A stretch of DNA of 64,000 nt, taken from positions 482,648-546,647 of the forward strand of contig NMRA01000065.1 of NCBI GenBank assembly GCA_002633005.1. Direction: 5' to 3'. This document shows, piece after piece, positions 26,201 through 38,781 of the stretch (the first letter of the stretch is position 1; the number at the start of each line of letters is the position of its first letter). The notes under the pieces are model-generated. The model had not been told where the DNA came from. It ran no database searches and was given only the letters and a program-made list of their open reading frames with translations. The translations under genes and the position numbers were made by a program. This stretch comes from Phoronis australis (taxonomy: Eukaryota; Animalia; Phoronida).

Positions 26201-28860
26201 TATTGATCAGCAGAGTCTGAAAATAAACTCGGCAGTGGATAAAATTGTCGAAAATTGCCACTGACGCAATAGTGAATTATTGTTCCTCATTGATCGTAAG
26301 TCTTGAATTTGGGTCGGCCAATATTGCCTATTTCTAAAATTTGTTGCAAGCTCCGACCTTGAGCAAAATAAATTTTTCACTCTTCGAAACTGGAGAATTT
26401 GTCCTTTAGTATTGTGTTGTTTAGTCCAGATTTCGAATGAGCAATGATGTTCCCTGCCCATTATTTGGAAATCAAGTAGACTCCTCTCCCCTCCCTTTGA
26501 TGCCTCTTAGACATAGGTACTCATATCTCCATACAGTCACATTGCCATGGTGTCATGCGAGCCAGGCCATGGGTCTGGGATTGGTCAGTGTAACATTAAA
26601 CATTTACTGCTTTTGTTTGTGATAAGCCTGCATTCAGCTGATGCCATGTGAGGAACCCTGGCAGGTAGTATTAACTACTAATAGTCCTGCAGTTATTTTT
26701 ATCTTGCAGTTAGGTGTCATTGTTGAGTAAACCAAAGGCTGACTCAGGTGACTAACTAGTAATGTAAGATTTGAACTTTCGCTTTTGTTTACCAGCTACA
26801 AATCAGGCATTTTTAAAAGGGGGGCTGGGGGTGAAAGGGGGCCAAGTGCTCCATGCACACTGCTAGTTACCCTGAAGCAGGTTGCTCCTAGAATGTGTTG
26901 TCACTAGGTTTAGTAAGTAATGTGCGTGGTATTTGTATTGGAGCAACTTGACACACTTTCAACAACTTTCCCACCTTATCGAGATAGGCTGACTTGTTCT
27001 TTTAAAGATGTATTTGCATGCTTCTAACTATGCTAATGTATAACAGGAACTAAACGACAATGCTATCTGTACATCACCTACGCTAAACAAAGTGCAGTTG
27101 TATTCACTGACAACCTGTAAATGTGAAAATCAAAAAATTTCCACTAATGACATACGTAACTTGGGGTCTCACATAACCCGCATCATGCAGTGTTATTCCT
27201 CAACACCAGGTCAGATACTTACTGGACACGGTTAAGTGATTTGCGAGGGATCATTTTCAAAACAAAACTTGTTTTTAAAAGCATTTGGCAATTTTCACCT
27301 TACCTCATACTCGCATTGTTTCGCCATATTTGTCATATGATGGGGAGGAGTGTGGACTTTGAGAGACGTGGTTTAATGGCATTGACTCTAGAATTGAGTA
27401 CATGGAATAAAAAATGAACAAATGATTCTGATTATTCATTGTTTATTCTTGCAAATAGAGTGACTGTGCGTCAATGAATTCGAAGTATGAAAGTAGTCTT
27501 CGGAAATATATCGTCTGCATGTAAGTTTAAAGCGGTTATAAACCTGCCTTCCGTCACAAAAACTAATTTGGCTATAGACTTCTTATAGATATAAATGTGA
27601 CATCAAATTTTTTCTTAATCAAATTTGAATGTGAATTGTAGGTTTGAAAATAACCAACAGTTCCTTTGGTCTCAAGATCAGACTATAAGATAGCTTGTCA
27701 CTTCATGTCACTTCTTTCTAACCTCGGCTCAGAAACCACTTTTCTGAGTTACTCTTGTTCAGATCAATTTTCAGCTCTGTAAGTGACCTAACGAGCCATT
27801 TTAAAAAAACACGAGGTCAAAAAACTGGATTGGTTTATAGCTAATCTTTTATCTGTATTTTTTCAACGTAAAAAATTAACACGTGTCCACACACTTGTTT
27901 GTGTTGTGCATTTTCTAGTGACCCCATATTTTTACCTTGATTATGCTGTTAATGTTTGCCAGATAGATCACTTAACTCATGTTATGAGCTGATCACTTCT
28001 TTAATAGTCTAGTGAATGATTTTGTAATGGCTGGAGACTAGCTCATGCAAATGTAGTAGCAACTGGAAGGTGATTTATAGTTGGAATATGTATCCATGTA
28101 AATATGCTTTGGTTAAATTGCATAGTGCATGAGGTAATTCTACATATTTCATGATAATCATACAGTCTACCATTGTGCCACTGCATGTATGATGACTAGT
28201 TTATAAAACATTTTGTTCTCAAGTCAATTATGACATTACACTGATGACATCTCGGAGATTTTAAGTCATTTCCGATTGTGTCATCAGAAATCCATAGAAT
28301 GCCGTGCTCTTATCGTCTTCGTATTCGAGTTTTGCGAAGATCCATTACTTGTGTTCTGAACTCTGTCTCACTTGCTGACCAGTGGGGAAAATAATATAGA
28401 CTGGCACTCCCTCTAGTGGCTGGTCTAAATAATGTGCATGCTCAAACTAGGCATGCATGAAATCTGCTACACAAAAGTCGAGGTTCTCTTTAGGCACTCA
28501 GAGGTATCACAGCTTAAGACGCCTGCTGGGATATTTTTTGTTGTATAAAACAATACAATAATGGTGCTCAGAAAACCGACAAAGATATTAACTAAGAACT
28601 TTATCGCCTAAGTCACAAATCTCCTGTTATCTTGGAAACAAGCTGTCGTACATTGAGGCTGTCTATTTTTTAAATATTTGGTGACTTCAGAAGTGAACAG
28701 TGTGCTGGAAAATAATGCTGTGTGGTCTAAGAAAAATCATGGGCATAACCATAACTTCCACAGACATTGAAATAACCTGTCTACTTCATAATACAAATTA
28801 TGTTTCATTTCATTTTCAGACGTGGCTACTGCCTCCAAGACCAACCACCGAAACGCCACC

Positions 28861-29862
28861 ATGTTTAGTTTAAGCGGCCGCCTATACCGATTTGATCAAG
28901 TTCCGTCCGAGTTCTTTGAGCTGGGCATTATCTCCGGCTACCGTCATCCGCAAAGCTCATTCACTGAATGCGTAAGGAGTCTGTTCTCTGCCAACAATGA
29001 GACCATGAACTTCTGGACTCACTTTCTCGCCGTCTGGTATTTTGTTTGGCGCTTATACGGCATCAATCAAGATATTCATTTTGCTGCCGACAGCTACACA
29101 TGGCCACTACTTGCCTATATCGTCATCAGTTGCCTGTATCCCCTGGCCAGTGCTATGGCGCACGCCTTCAACACGATGTCATTGAGGGCGAGGCACATTT
29201 GTTTTTTCTTCGACTACGCAGCCTTGAGCCTGTACAGCTATGGCTGTGCCGTCATCTACAAAGCTTATGTGTGGCCCACTGACCTGATGGGCACAGCTTA
29301 CAGTGACTATTACCTCCATGGTGCCTTTGTCAATGCCGTCATTTGCACGTTCCTTTCTGGGCGGACTCGGTTTTGGAAGCCAGGCGCTACCAATAAGATC
29401 GCCCGCCTGAGTGCCTTTGCGTTGCCCTACTTCTACGCCATCATACCAATGGTCTATCGCCTCGTCTACTGTTCACTAGAGGGCGACTGTGACAGTGAGG
29501 CAGTGCATCTGCACAAGCGTCAGTTTTTCTTTGCCTTCCTCACCGCTTTTCTCTACGCCAGCCATCTTCCTGAGCGTATCTTCCCAGGTTCGTTTGACAT
29601 TCTAGGCCACAGTCATCAGATGTTCCACGTGGCAGCAGTGTTTGCGACACGTGACGTTCTCAATGCATCCATCTCCGACTTAAACATGCGGCGTGATCTC
29701 CTGCTCAATACGCACGCACAGTCGGACTATACCTGGAGCTTGTGGTTAATGCTCGCCCTGGTGGCCATCAATTTGCTCACAATAGCCTTGCATATCCGAT
29801 CGCTTTACAAGCAGGCTCCAGAACCAATCAACAACAACGAATTGAAATGTCACAGTCAGTAG
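28861..29862 (+). CDS. PAQR5: PAQR family 7-TM protein, membrane progestin receptor gamma (PAQR5/6)-like, 333 aa, single coding exon
   Basis: N-terminus MFSLSGRLYRFDQVPSEFFELGIISGYRHPQSS resembles PAQR5. Metal-site motifs NETMNFWTH, SAMAH, FDY and GHSHQMFH, plus HLPERIFPGSFDI. GCCACCATG Kozak context at 28855-28863; acceptor TTTCATTTTCAG ends at 28819. Confidence 0.93.
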   Translation: MFSLSGRLYRFDQVPSEFFELGIISGYRHPQSSFTECVRSLFSANNETMNFWTHFLAVWYFVWRLYGINQDIHFAADSYTWPLLAYIVISCLYPLASAMAHAFNTMSLRARHICFFFDYAALSLYSYGCAVIYKAYVWPTDLMGTAYSDYYLHGAFVNAVICTFLSGRTRFWKPGATNKIARLSAFALPYFYAIIPMVYRLVYCSLEGDCDSEAVHLHKRQFFFAFLTAFLYASHLPERIFPGSFDILGHSHQMFHVAAVFATRDVLNASISDLNMRRDLLLNTHAQSDYTWSLWLMLALVAINLLTIALHIRSLYKQAPEPINNNELKCHSQ

Positions 29863-32800
29863 ACGCAAATACCTAGACGGGATGATTTTCACGAACTTCT
29901 TCCTTCGGTTCTTGATGATCTTGGATAAGTCGAGCAAACAGTTTTGTTATCCTTTGAATGTTGAAACATGAAGCTTCAATGCGAAAGCAGGATGCAGAAT
30001 CTCTCCAGTCATATAAATAGGGTCCATTAAAACTTGTGCCCTGAGGGTTTGCTGAACCCACATCGGCGTCCATTTACGAGCAGTGTTGTCAAGAACATTG
30101 TTCTTATTCCTAGATTTTTTTACGAGCTTGTTACTGCTTGAGTTGCACTGGCCCAAACGACTGCAGTACAACTATGTTTCTGCAGTATTTACCCACAATG
30201 CTTCACACACTAGCATGCTTGTCACTGGGCTGCATCTAAATTATTAATTGCAATACTGGACTATTGTGCGTGTTCGCAGAATGTATTGTAGTTTACTTTT
30301 CCAACTCGAGAGTGTGCTAGTTGGTCAAACATCAACTTTCTTTTTACTTTTGGGAAGAGTGTAGTTTAGTGGCAATGCTCTTCGATAGGCTCTTTTTGAG
30401 GTTTTAGTTTTTGAAAGTAGAATGGAAAGAATGTGCAAGGTTTTTTGCTTATTGCACTTTTAGTCTTTTTGGCATTCCTTAATCATGTCTCCCAACATCG
30501 TGCTGCCGTTTTTTTTAAGATACGTGGCAGTTGTGGTGCTTTTTCATGATGACGGAGAAAATCTAATTCAATTTTATACCAAGAGTTTCATATAAAGGAA
30601 TTTCCAGACATTAAGGCTGCTATGAACTTCGTGTATTCCACTTTCTGCTGTATAACTGGTCTCAACTTGTTCCCTACTTCAGTTAGAGGTGGTTTCCTGG
30701 CCTGGGAAGAGCTGACAATTTGCAATTGCTCGAAATCATGCAGATTGTTTTATTTGCTGAGCATGCTCTCAACCAATTACAAACTCACAGTTCCTTCCAC
30801 TTTTTGACCGAGTAAGAAACAAGTTGAGGTAATTTTTAAAGTGGTAAATAGAGGTAAGTTTCTTCAGGCCTTTTCATACTAGTTGAACTACATTATGAGA
30901 GGAGCGACAATGTAAACTACAAAGTTAGTGTTCATACCAGCTTCGAAGTAAGGTGTGGCTGTTGTAATCGAAGTAATCTCAAGGTAGCGCTGATGCATAA
31001 GGTGATGTTTGAGGTAGACTGGTGTTTTGTTCCCTGCGTGAAAAGATTTTTTTAATGTGACATGTTGACAAAAAACTTATTTCCAATTCATTTGCTGATT
31101 ATTTGAGCAAAATATTATCAAAATTAGTGACGCTGTCCTTTTTTGATGATAAGCAGTCGTCCCACTGGCAATATCTTCGATAAGGTCGAAGTTGACCGTT
31201 CATATTGCATCACTGCATCAACCCTCTGCTGTTTAATCTACCTGTTTACTGCGAAGTTAACTGGTGCTGTTAACTTCCATCTAGGACTAGAAGTTAACCG
31301 TTACTACTGACTGCACCTCTGCCAAACTTTGATCAGTTGACATTAGTGTGAAAGGGCCTTTTGACACAGTGATTGTTTATGACACCTTTATTTGCCAATT
31401 CCTTATTGTCCAGGTGCATTAATAGAAGAATATAGTTGTATGCAAGTCTGATGTATTGGAATGTATTTAGCATTGTTAGACTCATAGAAATGTAACACTT
31501 GGCAGGTAGTTGGATAATGTTACTGGAATTTCTTAAAGTGGCATGTGTTTCTTAATCTCTACCAAAAACACGAATCTTTCCGTGCCACGATAAAAAAAGG
31601 ATTTCTATCCTCAAACGCTCCATTCAGGGCATCATGTAAAAAAATTGTCAAAATCTCATTAACTTTGACAGTAGGTCAACCCTTCCAGGGCTGGCCACTT
31701 CTCAGGACTTTCCAGTTCGTTTCAAAGATATAAATCAATTGCCGTCATGGCAAAGAGACTCTTTAGAACAGTTAGAGTTATCGAGCCTACTTCTTGATTT
31801 CTAAAACCTTGTTTACGCACTCCAATTAGTCACTTAGTGTGTTAAGACTGTTGTTCTGACATAACTTATCAAACTAAAAAGTCGCACACGAATTGTCAGT
31901 TGGAGTAAAGCATTCCCGACTTTGTTCCGATTTCGTCCTAGTTAGAAAAAGTCGGAAAAGCCTGACACATGATTATTTACACAGTTCACGTATGAATTTA
32001 GAGTCACAGATCAAAATTGGATTGTGTGTGGACAAGGATTTACATAAGATTGTAGTGTTAATTAGAACGCTTTTGTAAAATGGTATTTTTTGACGTTTTA
32101 CTGAATGCTCAAGTTGATGCCTTTGTTGTGCTTTGCACTAACTGTGTATTGGTGACTCTTTGTACTTTTTGCACTTTTCTAGTTTAATGGTTTTTGTAGG
32201 TTTGCACGTTTCTTGTGTTTCACACTTCAGATTGTGTCCAGATTCTGCAGGAAAGCTTCCTTCTGTTATTTGTTAAGTAAATACGGTAGTTTTCAAAATA
32301 AACCGAGACAAACTTCGACGCAAATTCTGTCAAACTACCAAACGTGGACAAACTAATTCTTGCCAAAATTAATTGTCACTTTTTTCAAACGAGCCTTTGC
32401 CACAATGTAATACTGTTTCTGTCAATTTTAGTTAGAATTTAATGAGACTTAATAATTGCGCCCAGTCATTAATTACTAGTTAGTGGACTTCCAAGGCAAG
32501 TTTTCATGATTTCACTTAAGTGTCCAGAGGTACACCTGTTGAGATTTTGTGGAAGATTTGCTGGAATTGGAGCGCGTTCTCACTATTTGAAAGTGTGCGC
32601 ATATTTAGTTGCGTCTTTGTGTGTGGCGAAACTTCAAATTTTGATGCTGTTCGGTTTATTTTGAAACCTACTGTGGTGCTTAAAAGCTTGGCCTACTCGT
32701 AGAGAATTTATATTCAGCTTGCTTTGTAACTCGACTGCTTTACGATGAACTGGTTTCTAATTTCTAACATTTGCTCGCTTACAACGTTCCATTTGGTAAG

Positions 32801-34557
32801 ACCGAATCAGATGGTAGTGTGTGCTGTTTGATTTGGTTTCAATGAACTTTGGTTCCAACGAAGTTTTACAAAGGTGTCTGGAGGGTTTGTTGTAACGCGG
32901 TTCTACTCTTTTGCTAAGAGTTCAGAATTAATTTTTGGGTATTGTTATTGCTGGAAATTGATCAATGCAAACTTTGCTGCTTTTGATATGTGATATATTG
33001 TCATAATTCAAGATGTGAATAATTTACCTTCCTGACTGTTATTAATTTTTATAATCAGTATGTATACTATTGTAGACTGTGATTGATTGCTTATTGCAAG
33101 TACAATTTGGCGACCTGATTGACTAGTAAGATCTATCAGACCTGAAAAGCAGTGTTGAAACAATTTCTGCTCCAGTCTCTTGAATTCATTTCTAGGATTT
33201 CCTCACAAATTTGTTGTGATCCTTCAGTCAAATGTACTTCTTTTAAGTGGAATTTAATCATTTACAAGCTGGTGATTATTTAGTGAATGTGACATTCTTC
33301 AGTTTTTATGGACTGTATTTTTATGAAACATTTAAATGACATGAAGGGATTTTTTGTGGCATTGGCATATTTTTTTTGAATTGATATCATGGAAAGGGAT
33401 TGGTTATGAGTGTTCATGGCCAATTTTTTTCTTTCGCTTTTGTATATTACCAGAGCTGTAGGTTGATACGTCTGAAGGTACTAATGCAGCACTTGAATGT
33501 TTCCGGTTTTGTAACACGAATCTCACTCAAAAGGGGTCTCTAGTTGTGGGGTTGAATTCGTAGTAGTATATTCTCTCATCACACCGACATGGCAATACCG
33601 CTAGATTGCGTTACTCGTATTCCATGATGACATTTTAGTACCTTTTGGCAAGAAGCGAGTTTTGATTGAGGACATTTACCGTTATGAAGTAGGTTTTATC
33701 AGTTGTTCCTTGCTAAGTTTAGAAATGAACTCTGGGCTCGGGAAGAAATGACCGTCGACCTGTTCAGACCAAGTTCATAACATTCCAGGAACGGCGTGAC
33801 CTGAAATTTTAATTAGCTTGGTCTTTGGTAATAACAAACTCTCGGTTCAAATCATCCTAGTCTAAGGAACAATTTGAAACCAATCTCGTAACCGTAAGTG
33901 GCCCAAATAAGTACTTGTTTTGACATAAAGGGCGGGTATGATAATTCCGCTTCGTAAGTTTCGTGAACAGAACTTCCCCTAACCATTGGAGCCCACCAAA
34001 TCAGGGGCTGTCTTCCGTAGACGCCAGAAATAGCAACAAAATATAGCGTGATAACTTGCTTCGCTTGTAATTTATGGCCAAATCTCACGAACACTTGAGA
34101 GCTGTTTTTTATTCATTTATCAAGTTTCTTGCGTCCACGGAACGCCTTAAAAGCTCGCGGGAAGGGGTTACCCTGGCATGTGTTTCATGAAAAATAACTT
34201 CTGCGACTTAAACTAGAAATTTGGTCTGAAGTGTTGCACAACTATTTCTGAAAAATTAAATCTCATGCTGGCAAAAGTGCAAAATGTCTGCGATTACATT
34301 CATAACTGCTGGTAATTGCGGACATTGTTCGCAAGACACAAATTTCTGACTTGACAGTGCAGTCTTAAGTTACGTTTCTTGAAACACATCATAAATGTGT
34401 CCAAGCAAAAGATTTGTGGTTAAGTTATCCGCGATGGTAAGACGTCACTCTGTTCTGTAATAATGTGGATTGGTGGTGGTGTGTATTGTGTCTTGTGTTT
34501 CCGTTGCTGTTATAAGTTACTAACAAATGCACTTTTCGGTCATATTAATTTTGCTAT

Positions 34558-34563
34558 AATAAA
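34558..34563 (+). terminator. Candidate distal polyadenylation signal of the PAQR gene (implies a 3' UTR of about 4.7 kb)
   Basis: AATAAA followed about 20 nt later by GT-rich GTTTGGTCTTGTGCATTTTGTGTCT; the T-rich tract ends here. An alternative AATAAA lies near 32297. Confidence 0.5.
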
Positions 34564-35090
34564 GCTGCCAAGGCATGCCATACGTTTGGTCTTGTGCATT
34601 TTGTGTCTATCGTCTACTCGGCCACTTTCTTCTGACATGTAGGCCTCCACTGTACATCGGTGTCCATGCCAAACACTGCTTTGCGCTGTGCCGCGTTTCC
34701 AGAAGAAGTGAGGGTACGTTCGCTGCCAAAGATGTCCCTACCCAAGACAGTCGCGAGAAAAGCTAGCGTGATCACTTACTTTGTGAAGACCCGCGTTACT
34801 TGAGATTTCGCGAGTTTCTAGCGTAGGCGTAACGCATCCCCCGTATCTATTTTCCGTATGTGCTCGCATTTAGATATCCATGCGCCTATTTGTGGGTCTT
34901 CAAAATGGTATGAAGTCTAAATTGATTTTTTGCGAGAAAGAAGAATTTATAGCTGCTTTGATCCGCATACCGTTATAAAATTTGTCTATTGTTCCGTTAG
35001 ATTATAACCCGGCGTTCTCTCCCAAGGCTGGTGTACCTGCCTCCGCGCAGTTGAAATCCAGACCAATGCGGTACCTTAGTAGCCCCAATG

Positions 35091-35325
35091 CATGCGCGCA
35101 CCCAGCTTTTAATATGGGGGGCTCGAATTTCAGGCGATGTAGGCCTTCTGCTGACAAAAAAGCGGCAGGACTAAAAGAACGGGGTACCTCCTTCAGAACT
35201 GTGTGTCTGCGCCTTTTTGGTGGACTTTTGTCTCGTTTTCTAGGACTTCTTGTTTCTCTGAGGCGGACCTTTTTGCCCACTTCGTCAATTGGGGGGGGCT
35301 CAAACGAGCCCTGGGTGCGCGCATG
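35091..35325. mobile_element. MITE with perfect 15-bp TIR CATGCGCGCACCCAG and a 5-bp TSD
   Basis: CAATG|CATGCGCGCACCCAG ... CTGGGTGCGCGCATG|TAATG. Homologous to 41108-41355. Confidence 0.85.
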
Positions 35326-37224
35326 TAATGAGCAATGCGTGGGTCACAGGTTAACATTGCTTGTTGTGACCAATATTTTAAAACCTCGTTACTATATAAA
35401 CTTTCAAATTTTGTTCTGAAAATTCCCCGGCTTCAATCATAGCGTTCATCATCAATATGGCGGACTGCGTATCACGCGCTGTCTGGCTTGCGAGTTTCGT
35501 CGTGTCGTCTCTATTGTATATAGCTCGTAGAATAGCCCTACCTGAGACAATACCAAGCTATGAAAACGCAGCCCACCGCGAGACACCAGTGTTGTATTAC
35601 AGCCCCGCCTCGCCTGTTGTGCTGTCGTTACCGACTTCTTCGTTTACTCATTATGTAAACTCCTTCAAAGACTCCAAGTACCGATACCTCAAAGCTGCGA
35701 AATGCATGGTAAGAACCGACCCGGGACGATACTTGGAAAGACTGCTAAGCAAGAAAGAATTGTTTAGTGTTACTATTGGGGTGTTAGGTTGGCTTTATTT
35801 ACACTAAATGGCTAGGTTCGAAATTGTCTTGCTTAATTTATTTACATCTTTATGAGAATTCGCTCGTGAAGAATTTAATTGAGATGATAGTTAAATATAC
35901 AGTACTGTACTTGAAATTAATTCAGTTGGGCAGCTTAGCAAGAAACGTAACTGATTGTCGTTGACCTTCACAGAAATGTTCAGACCTTTTCAGATTATTA
36001 CAACAATAATTGACTACTTTCAACTACACCTGTTGTCAATGGGTTCACTCGATCGCCTTCGCCGGTTCCGTCGGGTCAACCAGCTAAGACACTTGCCTCC
36101 CGTTCAGTAACGCTAGGACATAGCTTAAAAGCAAGACTTTGCGAGATTACGCGAGATATTACCGTGTATTTTAAATAAGAGCACGTGACCTTGACTAGCT
36201 TTTTGATAGGTCCTAGCGTAGGTACTAGCGTCTACTGAACGCACGCCAGATTTGTTTTCGATGACTACTTCCGGTTTACAGACCAATCAGATGTCTTAGC
36301 CGCCTGACCCTGCAAAACCGGCGAAGTCGATCACTCAAGTGCCGCCACTGACAGCAGTATAATCTGGAATACCTTTGATGTTTCGTTAAGAGGAAATATC
36401 AGAGTCTATGCTAGAGCTGCTTTAGCACCATTGGACTTAACATGTAGGAACACCAATAGGTTGCGCAAGTAGTCGGGTCCACGCTTCGTTTCCTCCGTTT
36501 CGATTCATGAGCTGGATGCTGACACGGAATGAATTTAAATCGTATTCAATTTGCTGTGGTAACCAATGAGACAATTTTTAAATTATGTAATTAAAATTAC
36601 ATATACCGCATTGGTGATAACAAGCAACGTTTCACCATCTATCCTCCATAGTTTACTCGTACAAAGTCGTTGAAAGCTACAAGTTATCGCCTTAAGTTCA
36701 CTTTAAAAACTTAACTTTTGATTTAAACCACTTCCTGTTCAATTCGAGACCACTTTTGGGGTGTGGAATTGAAGTAATTTCGAGTCTTGTCGAGCAGTGA
36801 GACCAAATCGTTCGAGTCGGGAGAAGTCGTAAACGACGTCTTGACCACTGTCTTTAATTCTTATACTTTCCGAATGTCGTATACTCAGTCGATACAAAAT
36901 CGCATACTTCGGGTTCACGAGTTGAAGATGATGAACATGGTCTTGCTCCGGTCGTTCAAAACAATTAGCAGTGTACAATTTAAGTGTAATTAGTTCATAA
37001 AGAATTTATTTCCGAGACATAATGTCGACGACAAGCACATAAGCCTACAGGGAGAAATTTTTAATCTAAATCCTAATTTAGATTACTACTATCATTTGCA
37101 GCCTTTCAAACACATCAAGGAAAGAAATAAACGGAAGAAGTTGTCTTACTACCAGTTTTATGTTTCCTGTATAGCGTTAGTCTTTTGAACAAGGCAACGT
37201 GATTTCCAACAAAACGGATGGTTA

Positions 37225-38781
37225 TCACTCACCATTGAGTAATGGTGTCGCCTGCTCTACGTCAATTACGACATCTGGCGGTGGGGTAACTTTTACCGAT
37301 GGCGTGGCTATTTTCACTTCTTGTCCGTCATGTGAATGGAGCACATCTGCCGCTTTGCGGATATTGTACATAACAAGTTCACCATATTCACGGGCCTGTT
37401 CTTCTGTTACAAAATTTGTAAAGTAATCTAAATTATAGAAAAACTTCCCCCGAAATGTCACGAAATTATGCGTGAACGAGCTCCCTAGCAGATGAGCAGA
37501 AGTGGACTGGAGAATTTTCCCTACTTCGACGTGTTCACCCAAACCGCTGAAGAGTTTACTGACATCTCCCAAATTTGAAGTTGTAAACTCCGTGTCTGAT
37601 TTGTTGGTTTTTGTCATGTCAACAAGAAATTTCTCCGGATCCAAAATCTTCTCAGCAATACGCTTAGTCTGTAACACCTTTTGAGCCGTCAACTCGTTGT
37701 GAATCTGTGCTGTCGTCTGCTCTGCCGTCTTCCAGAAAGATGGCATATCTATCGCTGAACAGTCCACATCTAAGTCAAAGGAGCCGACGTACATGCCGAA
37801 AGCTTTACTCATGTCACGCCACGGTTGACAAAACCGATGCAAGTTTGCTTTATGTTCTGATCGAATTGTTACGCGAGGACGTTCTATTTTATCCCTGTGT
37901 ATGAGCTCGTAGAGGGCTTTATTCGCCGCCACTGTGAACGCACCGTGTACTGTAGCCTTTTCGATTTTACATCTTTGAACAAAAGTTGTAGTTTCTTCCT
38001 CCGAAAGCTCAAAGGGAACTGTACGGGTTCTGCCGGTCTCCGTCGACCTCGGTGCTGGATACTCATTTAAGAACAAATTTTTTCTCTGAAAGATCACGCG
38101 CTTGCCAAAAAATTTCACGGTTGAAAGAACGTCGCCGATGCGAAATTTACGTTCTTCTTCCGGAACTAGGTCTTCTATTGCAGGCATGATCTGCGTCTCC
38201 TGCTCGTCTGAAACGTCTTTCCCCGCTATCAGGAAATTAAGAATTTTTAAGAACTTATCAAACAACATCATGCTAGAATATCCGTCAGAGATCACGTGAT
38301 GGAATCCGAATAGCATCACATATTTAAATGCCTTCTCACTGCTTTCACCGTCATTGTTGGTCTTTGTGGCTTCTCTCTGTTGCGGTGAGCCAACCGGAAG
38401 TTTCAGGAGCTTGACTTGCCACAAAGGCCCTTCTTGTTCGTCGTAATGGACGCGAAGCATTTCCTCATATTCATTCATCCAATCCTGTTGTTCCATGCTT
38501 TCGAAATCTAGCTCTTCTTCTTCCATTTCTTGGAAATAAAAGCATTCGTCTTCGTCTTCAGTCAAACGCATGCGCAACATGGGGAACTTTCGCCTAAGGT
38601 GTATTAAGGCATCACATACTAGTGAAGAGTCCAACGCGTCCTTGCAGTGAAGCATGAGCGCGTAAACGATTTGGGTGTTGCCAAACTTGTGACAGATTCT
38701 CATCATATTTTCCATATCACCCAAGGGTCGCTCCACACCATCTGGCTTTTTGGGAGGTTCTTCTTTGTGCAGAATATTCAT
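37225..38781 (-). CDS. CoA-dependent acyltransferase, alcohol acetyltransferase/condensation-domain (Atf1/PapA5-like) family, 518 aa, single coding exon
   Basis: Long uninterrupted ORF with catalytic-type FHHVISDG (38281-38301), N-terminal RPLGDME and FPMLRMRL, PLWQVKLL, TVHGAF and C-terminal TSNLG. ATCATCATG start at 38781, 9 nt after acceptor TTGTCTTTCAG (AG 38792-38791). Minus-strand AATAAA at 37010-37005. Confidence 0.88.
   Translation of the reverse strand: MNILHKEEPPKKPDGVERPLGDMENMMRICHKFGNTQIVYALMLHCKDALDSSLVCDALIHLRRKFPMLRMRLTEDEDECFYFQEMEEEELDFESMEQQDWMNEYEEMLRVHYDEQEGPLWQVKLLKLPVGSPQQREATKTNNDGESSEKAFKYVMLFGFHHVISDGYSSMMLFDKFLKILNFLIAGKDVSDEQETQIMPAIEDLVPEEERKFRIGDVLSTVKFFGKRVIFQRKNLFLNEYPAPRSTETGRTRTVPFELSEEETTTFVQRCKIEKATVHGAFTVAANKALYELIHRDKIERPRVTIRSEHKANLHRFCQPWRDMSKAFGMYVGSFDLDVDCSAIDMPSFWKTAEQTTAQIHNELTAQKVLQTKRIAEKILDPEKFLVDMTKTNKSDTEFTTSNLGDVSKLFSGLGEHVEVGKILQSTSAHLLGSSFTHNFVTFRGKFFYNLDYFTNFVTEEQAREYGELVMYNIRKAADVLHSHDGQEVKIATPSVKVTPPPDVVIDVEQATPLLNGE

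Noticed and set aside
28822-28860. ORF-track N-terminal extension of PAQR from a GTG start (and the GTG start at 38838 for the acyltransferase)
   Set aside because: Eukaryotic genes. ATGs in good Kozak context lie at 28861 and 38781, and the 38838 extension crosses a splice acceptor.
35457-35807. 116-aa ORF starting in a YY1-like AATATGGCGG context
   Set aside because: No recognisable domain or exon structure, and it sits among repeat fragments.
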